Shown here: one piece after another, positions 43,705-54,607 of the stretch
Layout: each line of letters opens with the position of its first letter
How positions within the stretch are numbered: position 1 is the first letter of the stretch
Assembly (NCBI GenBank): GCA_008690995.1
Contig: VRMN01000001.1
Span: 620,001 to 684,000 of the forward strand
DNA length: 64,000 bases
Origin: Porphyridium purpureum
Taxonomy: Eukaryota
Direction: 5' to 3'
Translations under genes and position numbers: made by a program
The notes under the pieces: generated by a model
Told to the model about the DNA's origin: nothing
The model's database searches: none
The model's input: the letters and a program-made list of their open reading frames with translations, nothing else

Positions 43705-45657
43705 ATGGCGTTTGTGACGAGCGCGCCGGCAGCCGCACCTGCAGCTCATGGGTGCGTCGGATCGGGGTTATTGTCGAGGATAGCGCCTTCTCCGAGTAGG
43801 AGCGGGACTGTGCCGGCACGTCCCGGCAGCGGCGCACGGACTCGTGCGGGTGCCGCGCAGGCGATGGTCATGATGGCTGATCCCAAGCCGCATGAGCTGC
43901 CGCTCTGGCGCACGCTGCAAGCGCACGCCGGCCAGGGGCGTCCGCACTTGAAGGACATGCTCAGTGACGTGCCGCGGTGCATAAATATGTTCCGTGAGGT
44001 AGATGGCGTGGTGCTCGACTTTTCGCGCCAGCTAATGACACAGGAGACGCAGCGGTTGCTCATGGAGCTCGCTCATCAGAGCCAGCTCGAAAAGAAAATC
44101 GAGGCTATGTTCCAAGGTGACAGAATCAACATCAGCGAGAATCGCGCGGTGCTGCACACGGCGTTGCGGATGGCAAAAGATCAGAGCCTAGTCGTGGACG
44201 GGCAAGATGTTGTAAAGGACGTGCACGCAGTGCTGGATCAGGTCAAGATGTTTTCGGAGAAAATCCGTTCCGGTGAATTGCGTGGTGCCACGGGCAAGAA
44301 GCTGACCCAGGTCGTGGCCATCGGAATCGGAGGCAGTTTCCTCGGCCCGGCGTTTGTGCACACTGCGCTCGAAACCGAGCGTTCTGCTCAACAGGCTGCC
44401 GCAGGTCGCACACTCCGATTTTTGGCAAATGTGGACCCGGAAGACGTTTCGCGCGCCCTCTCCGGGCTGAATGCGGAAACGACGCTGTTTGTTGTGATTT
44501 CTAAGACGTTCACCACCGCCGAAACCATGCTCAACGCGCGCACGACGCGCGCATGGCTGAAAATCCAGCTTGGCGACGCCCCAGAGGTGATCAGCAAGCA
44601 CATGGTCGCGGTGTCCACATCTCTCGAAAAGGTTTCGGCGTTCGGTATCGCACAGGAAAACACATTCGGCTTCTGGGACTGGGTTGGCGGGCGCTACTCT
44701 GTAGCATCGGCTGTGGGTGTTCTTCCCCTAGCCCTTCAGTATGGTTATGATATGGTGGAGTCATTCCTTACCGGCATGCGTTCTATCGATGAGCATTTCC
44801 GTTCTGCGCCGCTGCACAACAATCTTCCGGTCCTTATGGGACTCATCTCAGTTTGGAACCACACCTTTCTGGGTCATCATGTGAACGCGATTCTGCCGTA
44901 CGATCAGGCACTGTCCAAGTTTCCGGCGCACATCCAGCAAGTCAGCATGGAGTCAAACGGAAAGGGAGTCTTCCTGGATGGAAGCCCGGTGCCCTTTTCA
45001 ACGGGCGAGATAATTTTCGGAGAGCCGGGAACAAATGGTCAGCATTCTTTTTACCAGTTGATCCACCAAGGCAGAGTGGTGCCGGTTGACTTTATCGGTG
45101 TATGTGTTGGTCAGCAGCCCATCTACCTTCCCGGAGAGCCTGTGTCGAACCACGACGAGCTAATGAGCAACTTCTTTGCCCAAGCGGACGCGCTCGCATA
45201 CGGCAAAACACCACAGGAAGTGCTGGCATCAGAGCCAGGCCTGCCAGCAGAGCTCGTGAACCACAAAGTGTTTTCCGGTAACCGGCCGTCTCTGTCAATT
45301 CTGCTGCCTCGCCTTGAGGCGTACCAAGTCGGTCAGCTTCTCGCTCTATATGAGCACCGCGTGGCTGTGCAGGGCTTTATTTGGGGGATTGATTCATTTG
45401 ATCAATGGGGCGTCGAGTTGGGCAAGCAGCTCGCGACCAAAATGCGACGTGAAATTTCAGACATCCGACGCGACGGGCGGGACGTTTCTGCCATGGGCAA
45501 GGACTCGTTCAATTACAGTACGACACGCTTGCTTCGGTCGTACCTTGCGTCAATCACAGAAAGCAAGGCGCTTCTTTACAAGGACGTGTTTACTTCGCCT
45601 TTCGAATATTTCCAGGCATGCGTTCAAGAGTCGTGCGAGTTACCAGAAGACGAATGA
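43705..45657 (+). CDS. PGI: Glucose-6-phosphate isomerase with a plastid transit peptide (start 43705 or 43690)
   Basis: [53 protein letters not shown] transit peptide. Confidence 0.96.
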   Translation: MAFVTSAPAAAPAAHGCVGSGLLSRIAPSPSRSGTVPARPGSGARTRAGAAQAMVMMADPKPHELPLWRTLQAHAGQGRPHLKDMLSDVPRCINMFREVDGVVLDFSRQLMTQETQRLLMELAHQSQLEKKIEAMFQGDRINISENRAVLHTALRMAKDQSLVVDGQDVVKDVHAVLDQVKMFSEKIRSGELRGATGKKLTQVVAIGIGGSFLGPAFVHTALETERSAQQAAAGRTLRFLANVDPEDVSRALSGLNAETTLFVVISKTFTTAETMLNARTTRAWLKIQLGDAPEVISKHMVAVSTSLEKVSAFGIAQENTFGFWDWVGGRYSVASAVGVLPLALQYGYDMVESFLTGMRSIDEHFRSAPLHNNLPVLMGLISVWNHTFLGHHVNAILPYDQALSKFPAHIQQVSMESNGKGVFLDGSPVPFSTGEIIFGEPGTNGQHSFYQLIHQGRVVPVDFIGVCVGQQPIYLPGEPVSNHDELMSNFFAQADALAYGKTPQEVLASEPGLPAELVNHKVFSGNRPSLSILLPRLEAYQVGQLLALYEHRVAVQGFIWGIDSFDQWGVELGKQLATKMRREISDIRRDGRDVSAMGKDSFNYSTTRLLRSYLASITESKALLYKDVFTSPFEYFQACVQESCELPEDE

Positions 45658-46265
45658 GCAGGCTCGGTGGTCGCCCTCCTTAATTGTCCGACAAAAGTCG
45701 GTGTTTATTCAATGTCTCTTCTTTAGAAATATGTAGCGGGTAGAATCATATCAGTCAGTGATGACCGGCTGTATCTCTCCCAGTTCTGTTGTCTGCCTTC
45801 TCTGGTTCGCGCGAAAAGGGACTCGCAAGTTGAGACCTTGTGTGCTTATTTTTTATTTGCTCGCGTTTGGCGCCTCTGCTATAAAATGCGTTCTTCTGCA
45901 TCCACACAGACACCCTGTATAGCCACAGACTTCTGGATCAGAACTAAAGCACCGCAACATAATGATCAAGGCCGAGGCGACGGGTGCCGACCATTTCCTG
46001 TTCGTGCATTTGTCATCAAAGTTTCTTAATCAGCATCTGGCAAGGGGGTTCAGGGGCAGATGTATTTCTCCATGTCTCGCTCGTGAGCCAATGAAGCGCG
46101 TCCATGAGCTCAGGCGCACGCTGCTGCTGCGTAATACCACGCACTACACCGTGGACAAAGCTTGCGTGCATCCCGCGTGCCATGTGGCCACAGCTCGAAT
46201 CGTTCCAGCTGAACTTGATGAAGTACAGCGATTGGTACAGTCTCAACAGACCATCCACTTGAAAT

Positions 46266-46315
46266 AACCCGACACGCCGATAACCCGATAACCCGATTAG
46301 CCGATTAGCCGATAG
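46266..46315 (+). repeat. Short tandem CCGATAAC/CCGATTAG array upstream of the karyopherin-like gene
   Basis: ccgataacccgataacccgattagccgattagccgatagg. Confidence 0.7.
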
Positions 46316-46354
46316 GATACTTGACCGGCGCCAAATGCTTTGCAAGGCAGCGCC

Positions 46355-49300
46355 ATGTCTTTGTGGCAGCACACGGCTGGATGGGTGGGGGATGCGGCGC
46401 TCCTCGCAAAGATGGAACTCGCCACGGCGCTACACACGCTGTACGCTGGCGAAGTCCGCAGTGCAAACGACTATGAGCTCGCAAACCAGGTGCTGCTTGA
46501 GTACAAGCAGCGGTGCTCACTTCAGGACGCAATAGCGCTGTGGTATGAGAGCCTTCCTCGCGCATGCTCCGGTGCTTATGACGCGCTGGGCGCTTCCATG
46601 TTGGCGCTTCAGGTCTTTCGCGACCACCTGACGAGCGGATCCGGATGTTCACCTGATGGCGCGGCGCAGCTTGTGCTGCAAACCATTCAGGCCTTTGTTC
46701 ATGAAGTAACAGTGCTGGCTCAAACCGAGCGCGTGGTCGTGGCAAGCGTGTGCCTGCTGGCGGAGAAGATCTCAGATTGTGCCTCTGTAGCTGCGCTGCG
46801 ATACTGGACCGAAGTATGGACTCTGTGCCTGGCGCCGCTGTGGGAGTCTCAGCGCAGTGAATTACATGACGAAGGACTGACCTTTTGCGTGCTGGCATCC
46901 TTTTTCAATGAGCTCTGCCTTGCACTCTCAGGGAATTCGAGAGCAGTTCCCGCCATTGTGCCGGCTAGGAGAAGAGAATTAATTCACAGCACGTTTGAGG
47001 TGTTCAGATCGGTTCTGTTTGAGCGCGTGCTCGAAGCCATTTCAAGTTCATCGGAACGAATGTCAGAAAGCTTTCGCAGAGCGGGTTGCATCGCTTGCTA
47101 CGAGGCCGTCGCCACGCTCCTGCGCATTGCCAGCGCACCCTTTGAACTCGTGCTTCGGAATTATCAGACCCTGCTACGACCGCTGTGGCCGTCCACTCGA
47201 GGGGTCGGTTTTGGAACTGTCTTCACGGACTTGAATCGCGCTGTGCTTCGTTGTGCGACGGAGCTTGTGCATTGCTCATCATCTGCTCGCCCTACATCGG
47301 AATGCGACGAATGGTTGCGCCAGATGATCGTATTTTTGATAGGGAGAATGGATCGAAAAACATTCTTCGTCGCTTTGAGGAGAATGGAGGCAGGTGATGA
47401 AAGCGTTCAAGACGGGGAAGAACTTCTACTCATGGCAGGGTTAATTTGCGACATGGCGCGCCTCCACCTCTTTCGCTGCTTCCTGACGCCTCAAGAAGCG
47501 CTGCGCATCATGGACACTGAAACGCTGCGCCTTGTTGTGCGGCTCTGTGAGCTGATGCTTGACTTTGTGGTGATTCCGGAAGTCGCAGAGCTCGCTCTCC
47601 CTTTCTGGCTCCTCTTTTTTAGACAGGTAGCAGATGATCACGATGAAGGATGTCCGACTCTCTCTGACCCAACTCCTCAGCACGGAGAATGGCGGGCATA
47701 TCGGTCAAAGCTTTCCGAAAAGCTCGCCCTAGGATTCCTGCATGCCGGATTTCATGCATTATGTCGTGCGTGGGAAGAGAAAGCGCACAATCGCGGAATG
47801 AAGCTAGAAGGTGCAAGCTCACTTGATGAAGAGGACAGCACGTGGGACGAAATACTGAGAGAAGTACGATGCGTTTCTATACCCAATCAGATAACCCATG
47901 TCGTGACCCTGGCTTCGCGTATCTGTGGGGCAGAACCATTTAATCGTGAGGCAACGCCGAACCGTATGGCGGCTCTTTTGGCCGGTGCTGTGTTTGGATA
48001 CTTTGTTGCGTTTGTGCATGTCTGTGAATCTGAACCTAGCAGCATCACGGGCATCAGTACCATGCAGCGGCTTTGTGCTACCGTGAATGGGCTAATGACA
48101 CAAGGCTGTCTGGCGTGTTGCGATCTCACGGGTCAAAGCGCCTGGCCGGAGAACGAGTGCATACAAAAGAGTTCGGTTTTTAAAGCCATTGTAACTCTTT
48201 GCAGTGCGCTTTACCCAGCAACTGCTGTCGTTCATGGAAAAGAAAAGGAAACTCGTTGTGCATCAGAAACGGTTCAATGTCCGCACAAATACATGAATGA
48301 TATGACATCCGCGTTTCTTGATGCAAATACTGATCTGGTGCTTGCTGCGGGCACCGAGGGCTTACGATCTTTGATTTCCAATGCCAAGGTACGAGAAACA
48401 TTGAGCGCAGAGACGCGAGTACAGGCACTTGCCTCGTATGCATGGTTGCTCAAAGCGGTGCCCACATTGGTGCCCGCTGTTTTAGAAACGGTCATTCAAT
48501 CATGCGCACATGTTGGTACTCGAGCAGAGGACGTGCGGGTCAGAAACGAAGCATGCAAGGCACTATACAAACTTGCACAGAAGATTCCGACTGATTTGCT
48601 TCGCCCATACCTGGAGTCCGTATGTGCTACAATTTTGTCCATGTTAAGTGGTCTGGAGCTGAGTTTCGAAGAAGCGAGTGCATCATTTCTTTATGACGCC
48701 CTTGGCCTGATCTCCAACGCAATTCCCGACCAAGCACGTCGAGATAGTTTTACGGCCGGAATTTTGCGACCTTGCGCGATCCAGCTTAAACAGATAACCG
48801 AACTGACATGCAAGGCGCCGTCGTGCTTGAGTCAAGTGCTCTCCACCACCGGCGCCAACGACAAGCACCTTCGCGCGTTGCTGTACTATGTGCGCGTCGT
48901 CGCTCACATTCTGCGGGGCCTCAATGGCGGCGAACTGCCAAGCGCGGGGCCAACGAGCGAGACCTATCCTCTATTGATTGCTGTGGCCGAATCCGTGCTC
49001 GTTGTAAGCCGTGAAGTGCAGAAGCTATCCCTGAGTGCTGGTGCGGGTTGTGATCTGATGAAACCTTCGCTGGAAGAATGGCTGGGCTGTGGGATGATCT
49101 CACTGGAGGAGGCGGGAGACACGCCAGAGGAACAGGTACGTTATTTGGAGAGCACACAGCTTTTGCCGACGTTCACGGTTTCTGCCTGGAGGGATCCGGC
49201 TTTTAGGGCGGGACAGTTGAGGTGTAGAGAGCTGCTGAACAATACTCTGAGTACGCTGGGCAAAATTCTGGACCTCGGCGTACCAGAGGTACCAGTCCAC

Positions 49301-50221
49301 GTTCTAAACACAATGCTGCTTGCGGCGGACGGTACCCCGACGTGGCTACTGGCCAAGTATTTTGGCGTGGTGGTGCGCCATTTGATGTCGATTCCCAACT
49401 TTTGGGAGTTGGATGTCGAATGCCGCTCCCGAGCTGGACAGATGGTACGCGTGCTTGAACAGGGTCTGGTCTATTCCGAGCAGCACAAGGCAGGTCCGGA
49501 ACAAGAAATGGACACGGCGTCAAAGCGAGAGAACGTGGCGCCAAAGATTGCAGACATCGAAGCTGCGCTTGCGGAGCGGTCTGCGCACAACTTGATGCAA
49601 GAAATGGCACTTTCGCTTTCCAGCGGTGTGCTCGTTGGCGGAACGTCTTCGAGGGCATTCAGCTCGTCGCTTACACTGTTGCTACTTCGAGATGCATCGC
49701 GCATTGCGCTTGTGAACTTGTTGTGCAGCCTGATCCGCGGCAAGGTTCCTAAAGCGATCAAGTCAAGCAGCCTGCTTCTGCGCAGAATTCTCGAGTACGC
49801 GAATGCTGACCAGACCAGGCATGAGGTCGGCACAGTGTGCGCCGAAGTGAACGCGCGAGTCCAATCCGCATGCAGCATGGACGCTGACGCATGCCTGAAT
49901 GACCTGCGTGCCTTCTCAAACACACTCGCTGCCGTAGTACTACCATCCGCCTTTGTATGTCTGGTGTCAGAGAATGAGCGCGCACGCGACGGCATTCACG
50001 ACCAAATGGTCGGCCTTATCAAAAGCGTACTGACGCTCTGCTCCGTGGACGTCTGTGCGGGCGTGGTCAGCGCCTTGTTCCCGGACCAGCTCTACTCTGT
50101 GCGCGACGCGCGAAGCCGCGCATTCATCGAGTCATTCCAGGCGCTGACAGACAGTAAGAGTCGTAAACTGCTCGCGCGCGAATTGGCTCTCGCCGTGCGG
50201 AGCTCAGACACCCAACACTGA
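46355..50221 (+). CDS. Large HEAT/ARM-repeat protein, probably a divergent importin-beta-family exportin (exportin-5-like)
   Basis: About 1290 aa and all-helical Leu-rich. N-terminal ALHTLY...ANQVLLEYK resembles IBN_N; RRRELI and VRNEACKAL resemble exportin-5 segments. Confidence 0.55.
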   Translation: MSLWQHTAGWVGDAALLAKMELATALHTLYAGEVRSANDYELANQVLLEYKQRCSLQDAIALWYESLPRACSGAYDALGASMLALQVFRDHLTSGSGCSPDGAAQLVLQTIQAFVHEVTVLAQTERVVVASVCLLAEKISDCASVAALRYWTEVWTLCLAPLWESQRSELHDEGLTFCVLASFFNELCLALSGNSRAVPAIVPARRRELIHSTFEVFRSVLFERVLEAISSSSERMSESFRRAGCIACYEAVATLLRIASAPFELVLRNYQTLLRPLWPSTRGVGFGTVFTDLNRAVLRCATELVHCSSSARPTSECDEWLRQMIVFLIGRMDRKTFFVALRRMEAGDESVQDGEELLLMAGLICDMARLHLFRCFLTPQEALRIMDTETLRLVVRLCELMLDFVVIPEVAELALPFWLLFFRQVADDHDEGCPTLSDPTPQHGEWRAYRSKLSEKLALGFLHAGFHALCRAWEEKAHNRGMKLEGASSLDEEDSTWDEILREVRCVSIPNQITHVVTLASRICGAEPFNREATPNRMAALLAGAVFGYFVAFVHVCESEPSSITGISTMQRLCATVNGLMTQGCLACCDLTGQSAWPENECIQKSSVFKAIVTLCSALYPATAVVHGKEKETRCASETVQCPHKYMNDMTSAFLDANTDLVLAAGTEGLRSLISNAKVRETLSAETRVQALASYAWLLKAVPTLVPAVLETVIQSCAHVGTRAEDVRVRNEACKALYKLAQKIPTDLLRPYLESVCATILSMLSGLELSFEEASASFLYDALGLISNAIPDQARRDSFTAGILRPCAIQLKQITELTCKAPSCLSQVLSTTGANDKHLRALLYYVRVVAHILRGLNGGELPSAGPTSETYPLLIAVAESVLVVSREVQKLSLSAGAGCDLMKPSLEEWLGCGMISLEEAGDTPEEQVRYLESTQLLPTFTVSAWRDPAFRAGQLRCRELLNNTLSTLGKILDLGVPEVPVHVLNTMLLAADGTPTWLLAKYFGVVVRHLMSIPNFWELDVECRSRAGQMVRVLEQGLVYSEQHKAGPEQEMDTASKRENVAPKIADIEAALAERSAHNLMQEMALSLSSGVLVGGTSSRAFSSSLTLLLLRDASRIALVNLLCSLIRGKVPKAIKSSSLLLRRILEYANADQTRHEVGTVCAEVNARVQSACSMDADACLNDLRAFSNTLAAVVLPSAFVCLVSENERARDGIHDQMVGLIKSVLTLCSVDVCAGVVSALFPDQLYSVRDARSRAFIESFQALTDSKSRKLLARELALAVRSSDTQH

Positions 50222-50435
50222 TGCTGTTTTTGGCAACGGAATTTTGGTCCGATTCTTTGCGAATCATTTATTGTTCATAGTAAAACGCTTTGGTTTCATA
50301 GGAAATCTCCACGCCTTGTCAGTACCAGGGGAGACGTCCCGATTTCAAGGGAAGGAGAAGGTAGACGAAGACAGAGAGACGGAGAGAGAAGGAGGAGGGG
50401 AGAGGAAGGGTGACAGAGCATTTAATCTAGAAAGG

Positions 50436-51779
50436 ATGGCCGGGAATGAGGGTGCGCTTATGCGCATGAACACAATGCAGAGGCAGGTGACGCACGACGC
50501 GGTGGTAGGCAGTCTCAAGGCGGAGTTGATGCAGCAGAAACTTCAGATCGAGGCCAAACTGGAGATGCTTGCCAAGCTGGAGGGCAAAACGGAGCAGCAG
50601 CAGCTGAATCTCCTCTTCAGTTTGTGGGATCTGGACGGTGACGGGCTGCTCTCGGTGGCTGAGTTGGCTCTGGGCATTAAGCGCGCGCTGACCACGCTTG
50701 AGCCGTCGCTGGATGAGATGACCGAGAAGAACGAGTTGCTCGAGTTCGCAATGGACGCCGCGTCGATCGCCATGATTAATTTTGGACAAGGTGACGAGGA
50801 GCCGCGCATCAAGAAGGAAGACTTTGCCACCGTGATCAAGGCGCTGTGCTCGAAGATCAACGTGCCATTCATGATCATTTCGGAGGCGTTGGTGCTTTCT
50901 TATGTAGGAGCATCGGCTGAAGAGCAGATCACAGAGGCAGTGGAGTTCCTGGCCCTCAAGCTGGTTGAAGGTGAAGCCGAGCAAGAGATCGCAGTCGAGA
51001 AGAAATTTCGCGATATCCTTGAAAATGAAACGATGCAGCACTTGTTCAAGAAGTTTGACAGGGATCAGGACATGTCTATTTCCTTCAAGGAGCTGGCATT
51101 GGGCCTTGACAAGCTGCGCGCTGGCGAAATGACGTTTGGTGACAGTATTGAGGCTGCCCTGAATGCTCTTCTTCTGTTCGACGAAGGAAACACGCGTACG
51201 CTTAACTACGTTCAGTTTGCCCGATTCATTCTTACGTTTTGCGCTGCGGCCGGCGCACCCTTCGCGGCAGTCGGGCCGAAGCTGCTCGAAATGGAGATTG
51301 GTGCGCCGGAGGAGCCCGAAGAACTCAGGAAGCTCAAGAGCGCGTTGCTGACTGACATCACAAGGGACATGAACCACTTGGACAAGGTCGTCAACACGGT
51401 ACAGGACGTGCGGTGCGAGCTGCTATTCCAGATGTTTGACACGGATGGATCTGGTGACGTGAGTTTCCAGGAGCTTGCAATTGGCTTGCGCTCGTTCAAT
51501 CCGTCCAGCTCTCTGAGCGATTCCGCCGCCGTCGCTGCCTCGATGATGCTCGCCTTTGACGCTGATGAGAACAATACGTTGAACCGCATGGAGTTCGCCG
51601 ACTTTTTGAACTCGTTTTGCGAAACGATCGGTGCTGATTTTGATGAGCTGGCTGACTATCTCGTCGTCGCACGCGCCGTCCAGGATTCCAGCTCGGAGCG
51701 CGATATTGCGCTTCTGGAGTCGATCCAGCCGGCAATTCTGGCGGATATCCATAAGACACGTGCCCAGCTGGAGGGGTAA
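50436..51779 (+). CDS. EF-hand protein built of three repeated EF-pair modules
   Basis: DLDGDGLLSVAE, DRDQDMSISFKE, DTDGSGDVSFQE and DADENNTLNRME loops. Confidence 0.88.
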   Translation: MAGNEGALMRMNTMQRQVTHDAVVGSLKAELMQQKLQIEAKLEMLAKLEGKTEQQQLNLLFSLWDLDGDGLLSVAELALGIKRALTTLEPSLDEMTEKNELLEFAMDAASIAMINFGQGDEEPRIKKEDFATVIKALCSKINVPFMIISEALVLSYVGASAEEQITEAVEFLALKLVEGEAEQEIAVEKKFRDILENETMQHLFKKFDRDQDMSISFKELALGLDKLRAGEMTFGDSIEAALNALLLFDEGNTRTLNYVQFARFILTFCAAAGAPFAAVGPKLLEMEIGAPEEPEELRKLKSALLTDITRDMNHLDKVVNTVQDVRCELLFQMFDTDGSGDVSFQELAIGLRSFNPSSSLSDSAAVAASMMLAFDADENNTLNRMEFADFLNSFCETIGADFDELADYLVVARAVQDSSSERDIALLESIQPAILADIHKTRAQLEG

Positions 51780-51917
51780 AGAGATGTCGATCAAACGTAG
51801 CCGGTCGATGGAATCTTTGCATTGATGTGCCCTCTTTTAGTAAAAGCGAGGATCTCTCAGAGCCTGCGGATGCCCACGAGCTGGCGTTGCCTGCAGAGCG
51901 TTTATCAGGTCACAGTC

Positions 51918-53507
51918 TCACAACTCGTCGTTTACCGAATTTGGGATTGGTTCCTTGTGGGCTTTAAGAAAGTGCTCGAGGTCGCGAACGCGTTTAGAGA
52001 GATACTTGTTGATGAATTCGGTCTCGTGAATGTCCTGGAGGCGCAGGTAGGCCAGCTCCGGGTCTGCGGCCTTTTCAAAGTGCTTCAGAGCTATCTTGAA
52101 GCCAGATGCGAGAGCTTCCGGTAAGACTGGCAGATTTGTCATTTCGAGTCCAAAGCGCACCATGTGGACACCCCCAAAGACACCGCTACTGTCAGGGGGA
52201 ACTTCAGCCAGAACTTCGAGAATGGGCTCCAGCAGCGGGGCGTATTCCGCTGCTTCGCATATGGACCTCAAAACCTGTGCCACGCGTGTCTTGACGTTCC
52301 ACCCAAGCAGCGCCTGCATCTCGGGTCGCCGTGGAGTGAAGACCCGCAGATCCGGCATTACGTCCGCCGTGACGCGGAGCACCGAGTCCAACAGCCTCGC
52401 CCACGTCAAGTGCGGGTCAGACTTACGGATGGCTTGCTCCAGGACTTTACGAGAAGAGTCGCGAGATCGAGCGTCCGGAAAGTGCGACGCGCGCCTCAAA
52501 TGTGGCGTGCTAGCTTCATCATCATCACTGGCTGAGGCTTCATTATCCCCCGTGTCAAAGTACGTTTCAAAATCCTGCCCCAGAGGCATCATGATGTCTT
52601 CTAGCATTTGCGTGAGTGCGTCGACAACCATTGATTCATACACGTGCACTGAGATATCCACAAAGATACCAAACGTTCGACGTGTTGTGGCTCTGACGCC
52701 CCAGCCACGTGGCACATACACGACATCGCCCTCCTTCAAAGTCACAGTGAGAAAGGGTGGCTCATCTTCTCCGGTGGCGGGACGGACTGGGACTTCAAGA
52801 TGCCGACTTGGAAGTTCAATCACGGGCTTGTAGAGGTCCAGTTGGAATCTTCCATCGAAAGCGACCAGAAACCGATCGGCTGCACTACTCAGAATGGGCG
52901 TTGCATAGTCAAGAGGCAGAAAAGATATTTCGGCGCTCACAGGCACGCCAAACAACTTTTCCAGTTGTACGCACAGTTCGGCCAACTCTGCAGATCGATA
53001 CTCTGCTCGGAAAACTTGCAGCTCGTACTTGCCTTGTCTGAAAGCGCTTTGTATGGCCTCAAGTGGAACTTGCAGCTCAGCCGACGCTTCCTGCTCAGCG
53101 CCTGCTCCAGTGAGGTAATTTTCGTCTGCTATGACCACCATGCGATCGAGGCCTTCCCACATGGACAGCTGCACATCTTGTCGGTACTTGATTGGCGCGT
53201 GCCGCTCAAAGGCCGACCTATTTTTGCCCAGTACCTGCTGCAGGTTATCGCCTGGAACAAAGCGCCGGTACTTCTTCATCCATCTCACCCGCTCTTCGCC
53301 AGACCTTGAGCCCAGTTGCACCACCAGCGGATGGGTCTGGAAATCTTCTTCCCACCACTGCCGGCGCAGCTCGTTCGCGGCGCCTGATGTCGCGTCGCCA
53401 ATTCCCAGAAGATGCTGGATCACTCGGTCTTCTTGCGCCCAAACAGGAGCATGAACCGTGAGCGACGCGAGTGCGACGCACACCACCAGGATGAAACAGA
53501 TCGCCAT
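51918..53507 (-). CDS. Secretory JmjC/cupin-like (ROX/NO66-related) protein with C-terminal NDEL
   Basis: Signal peptide; LEKLFGVPVSAEISFLP, LKEGDVVYVPRGW; ends in NDEL. Confidence 0.72.
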   Translation of the reverse strand: MAICFILVVCVALASLTVHAPVWAQEDRVIQHLLGIGDATSGAANELRRQWWEEDFQTHPLVVQLGSRSGEERVRWMKKYRRFVPGDNLQQVLGKNRSAFERHAPIKYRQDVQLSMWEGLDRMVVIADENYLTGAGAEQEASAELQVPLEAIQSAFRQGKYELQVFRAEYRSAELAELCVQLEKLFGVPVSAEISFLPLDYATPILSSAADRFLVAFDGRFQLDLYKPVIELPSRHLEVPVRPATGEDEPPFLTVTLKEGDVVYVPRGWGVRATTRRTFGIFVDISVHVYESMVVDALTQMLEDIMMPLGQDFETYFDTGDNEASASDDDEASTPHLRRASHFPDARSRDSSRKVLEQAIRKSDPHLTWARLLDSVLRVTADVMPDLRVFTPRRPEMQALLGWNVKTRVAQVLRSICEAAEYAPLLEPILEVLAEVPPDSSGVFGGVHMVRFGLEMTNLPVLPEALASGFKIALKHFEKAADPELAYLRLQDIHETEFINKYLSKRVRDLEHFLKAHKEPIPNSVNDEL

Positions 53508-53807
53508 TTGTCTGGGGTGTTCGGTATTCGACTTGAGAGTCGATATTGATCAAGTGGCGTACCGCCCGCGTCGCGTGTGATGTAGGAAGAGCACAGGCGT
53601 GAGACTTTGATACTCTTGCGTTCTACAGCGCTAACTCGTGGCGTGTTTTTCTTCCCGCGCCACTTTCGGCTTCAGAGATTTTCGTTTTCGAGACGGGAAG
53701 GAGTCGGAGACGACAAAGGCCCGCGCGGCGTCGAAGGCAACGAGGGTGCTGATTGGCAACGTCTTTCAGTCGGCCTTTGTTGGTTGGGTATACCTGGATA
53801 CACCTCG

Positions 53808-54296
53808 ATGAACGCCGGGTTTCGAAACGGACCGCATGCGCGCGTGACGACGCAAGGCGAGGATGCGACGGAACTGCGGTTCGGCCCCGAGTTCGACGCG
53901 CCTTCGGCTTCCTACCGTGCGCTGGCCTACCACGAGGTCGCAGAGGTGTTAAGGATGCGTGAGGAAATCGTGCGGAAGGAGGGCGTCCCCCCTGAGAAGC
54001 TATATCCTCCCGTGGACAGGGAGAATCAGAGGTTCCACACCGCCAGGAAGCACGCCCACCGATTCGACAATATCAAGAAGAGCGAGGCATGCGCGGCGAT
54101 TCGAAGAACAATTACTACCGAGACGGATGCGCGGGGCGAACCACGCTTCCATCCGTTTGAGGTTGCCCAGATCATGAATTTAATGCCAGAAGACGCTGAG
54201 GAGGCGCGAGGACTCATCCCCTCGCTCCAGAAGAAAGTTGATTTAGACGACGATGTCCTCAATCACTTGCTGAGCGCGATTCGTGCGTTGGTTTAG
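53808..54296 (+). CDS. RPB4: RNA polymerase II subunit RPB4
   Basis: EDATELRFGPEF, FEVAQIMNLMPEDAEEARGLIPSL. Confidence 0.9.
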   Translation: MNAGFRNGPHARVTTQGEDATELRFGPEFDAPSASYRALAYHEVAEVLRMREEIVRKEGVPPEKLYPPVDRENQRFHTARKHAHRFDNIKKSEACAAIRRTITTETDARGEPRFHPFEVAQIMNLMPEDAEEARGLIPSLQKKVDLDDDVLNHLLSAIRALV

Positions 54297-54607
54297 CCGC
54301 GCTGACTTCAAGCGTGACGAAAATAAGCGCGCGTCCGCATGAGGGAAGGCGTTACGGCTGTGAACGCGAAAATGGAGGTTGAAGGCACGACTTCATGCCG
54401 GTCTTGGCATTCTAGCGCATTTCGCCACAATCCGCGCAGGATTTGGCTATGAAGAAGCGACATTTGTTGCGCTGCTGTCCCAAGTCCAAGGTAAAATGCA
54501 GAGATGGTTGGAGGAACCCTTGGCGCACGACAAAAGGGGCTAGAAAAGTAACCAGTAAGCTCGAGCGGCCTTACGGCGTATAATTTTTGTACTCAGATAA
54601 TTCAAAC

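Noticed and set aside
46266..46315. Tandem array considered as a CRISPR or telomeric repeat
   Set aside because: No spacers, only about 5 units of 7-8 bp, in a eukaryotic context.
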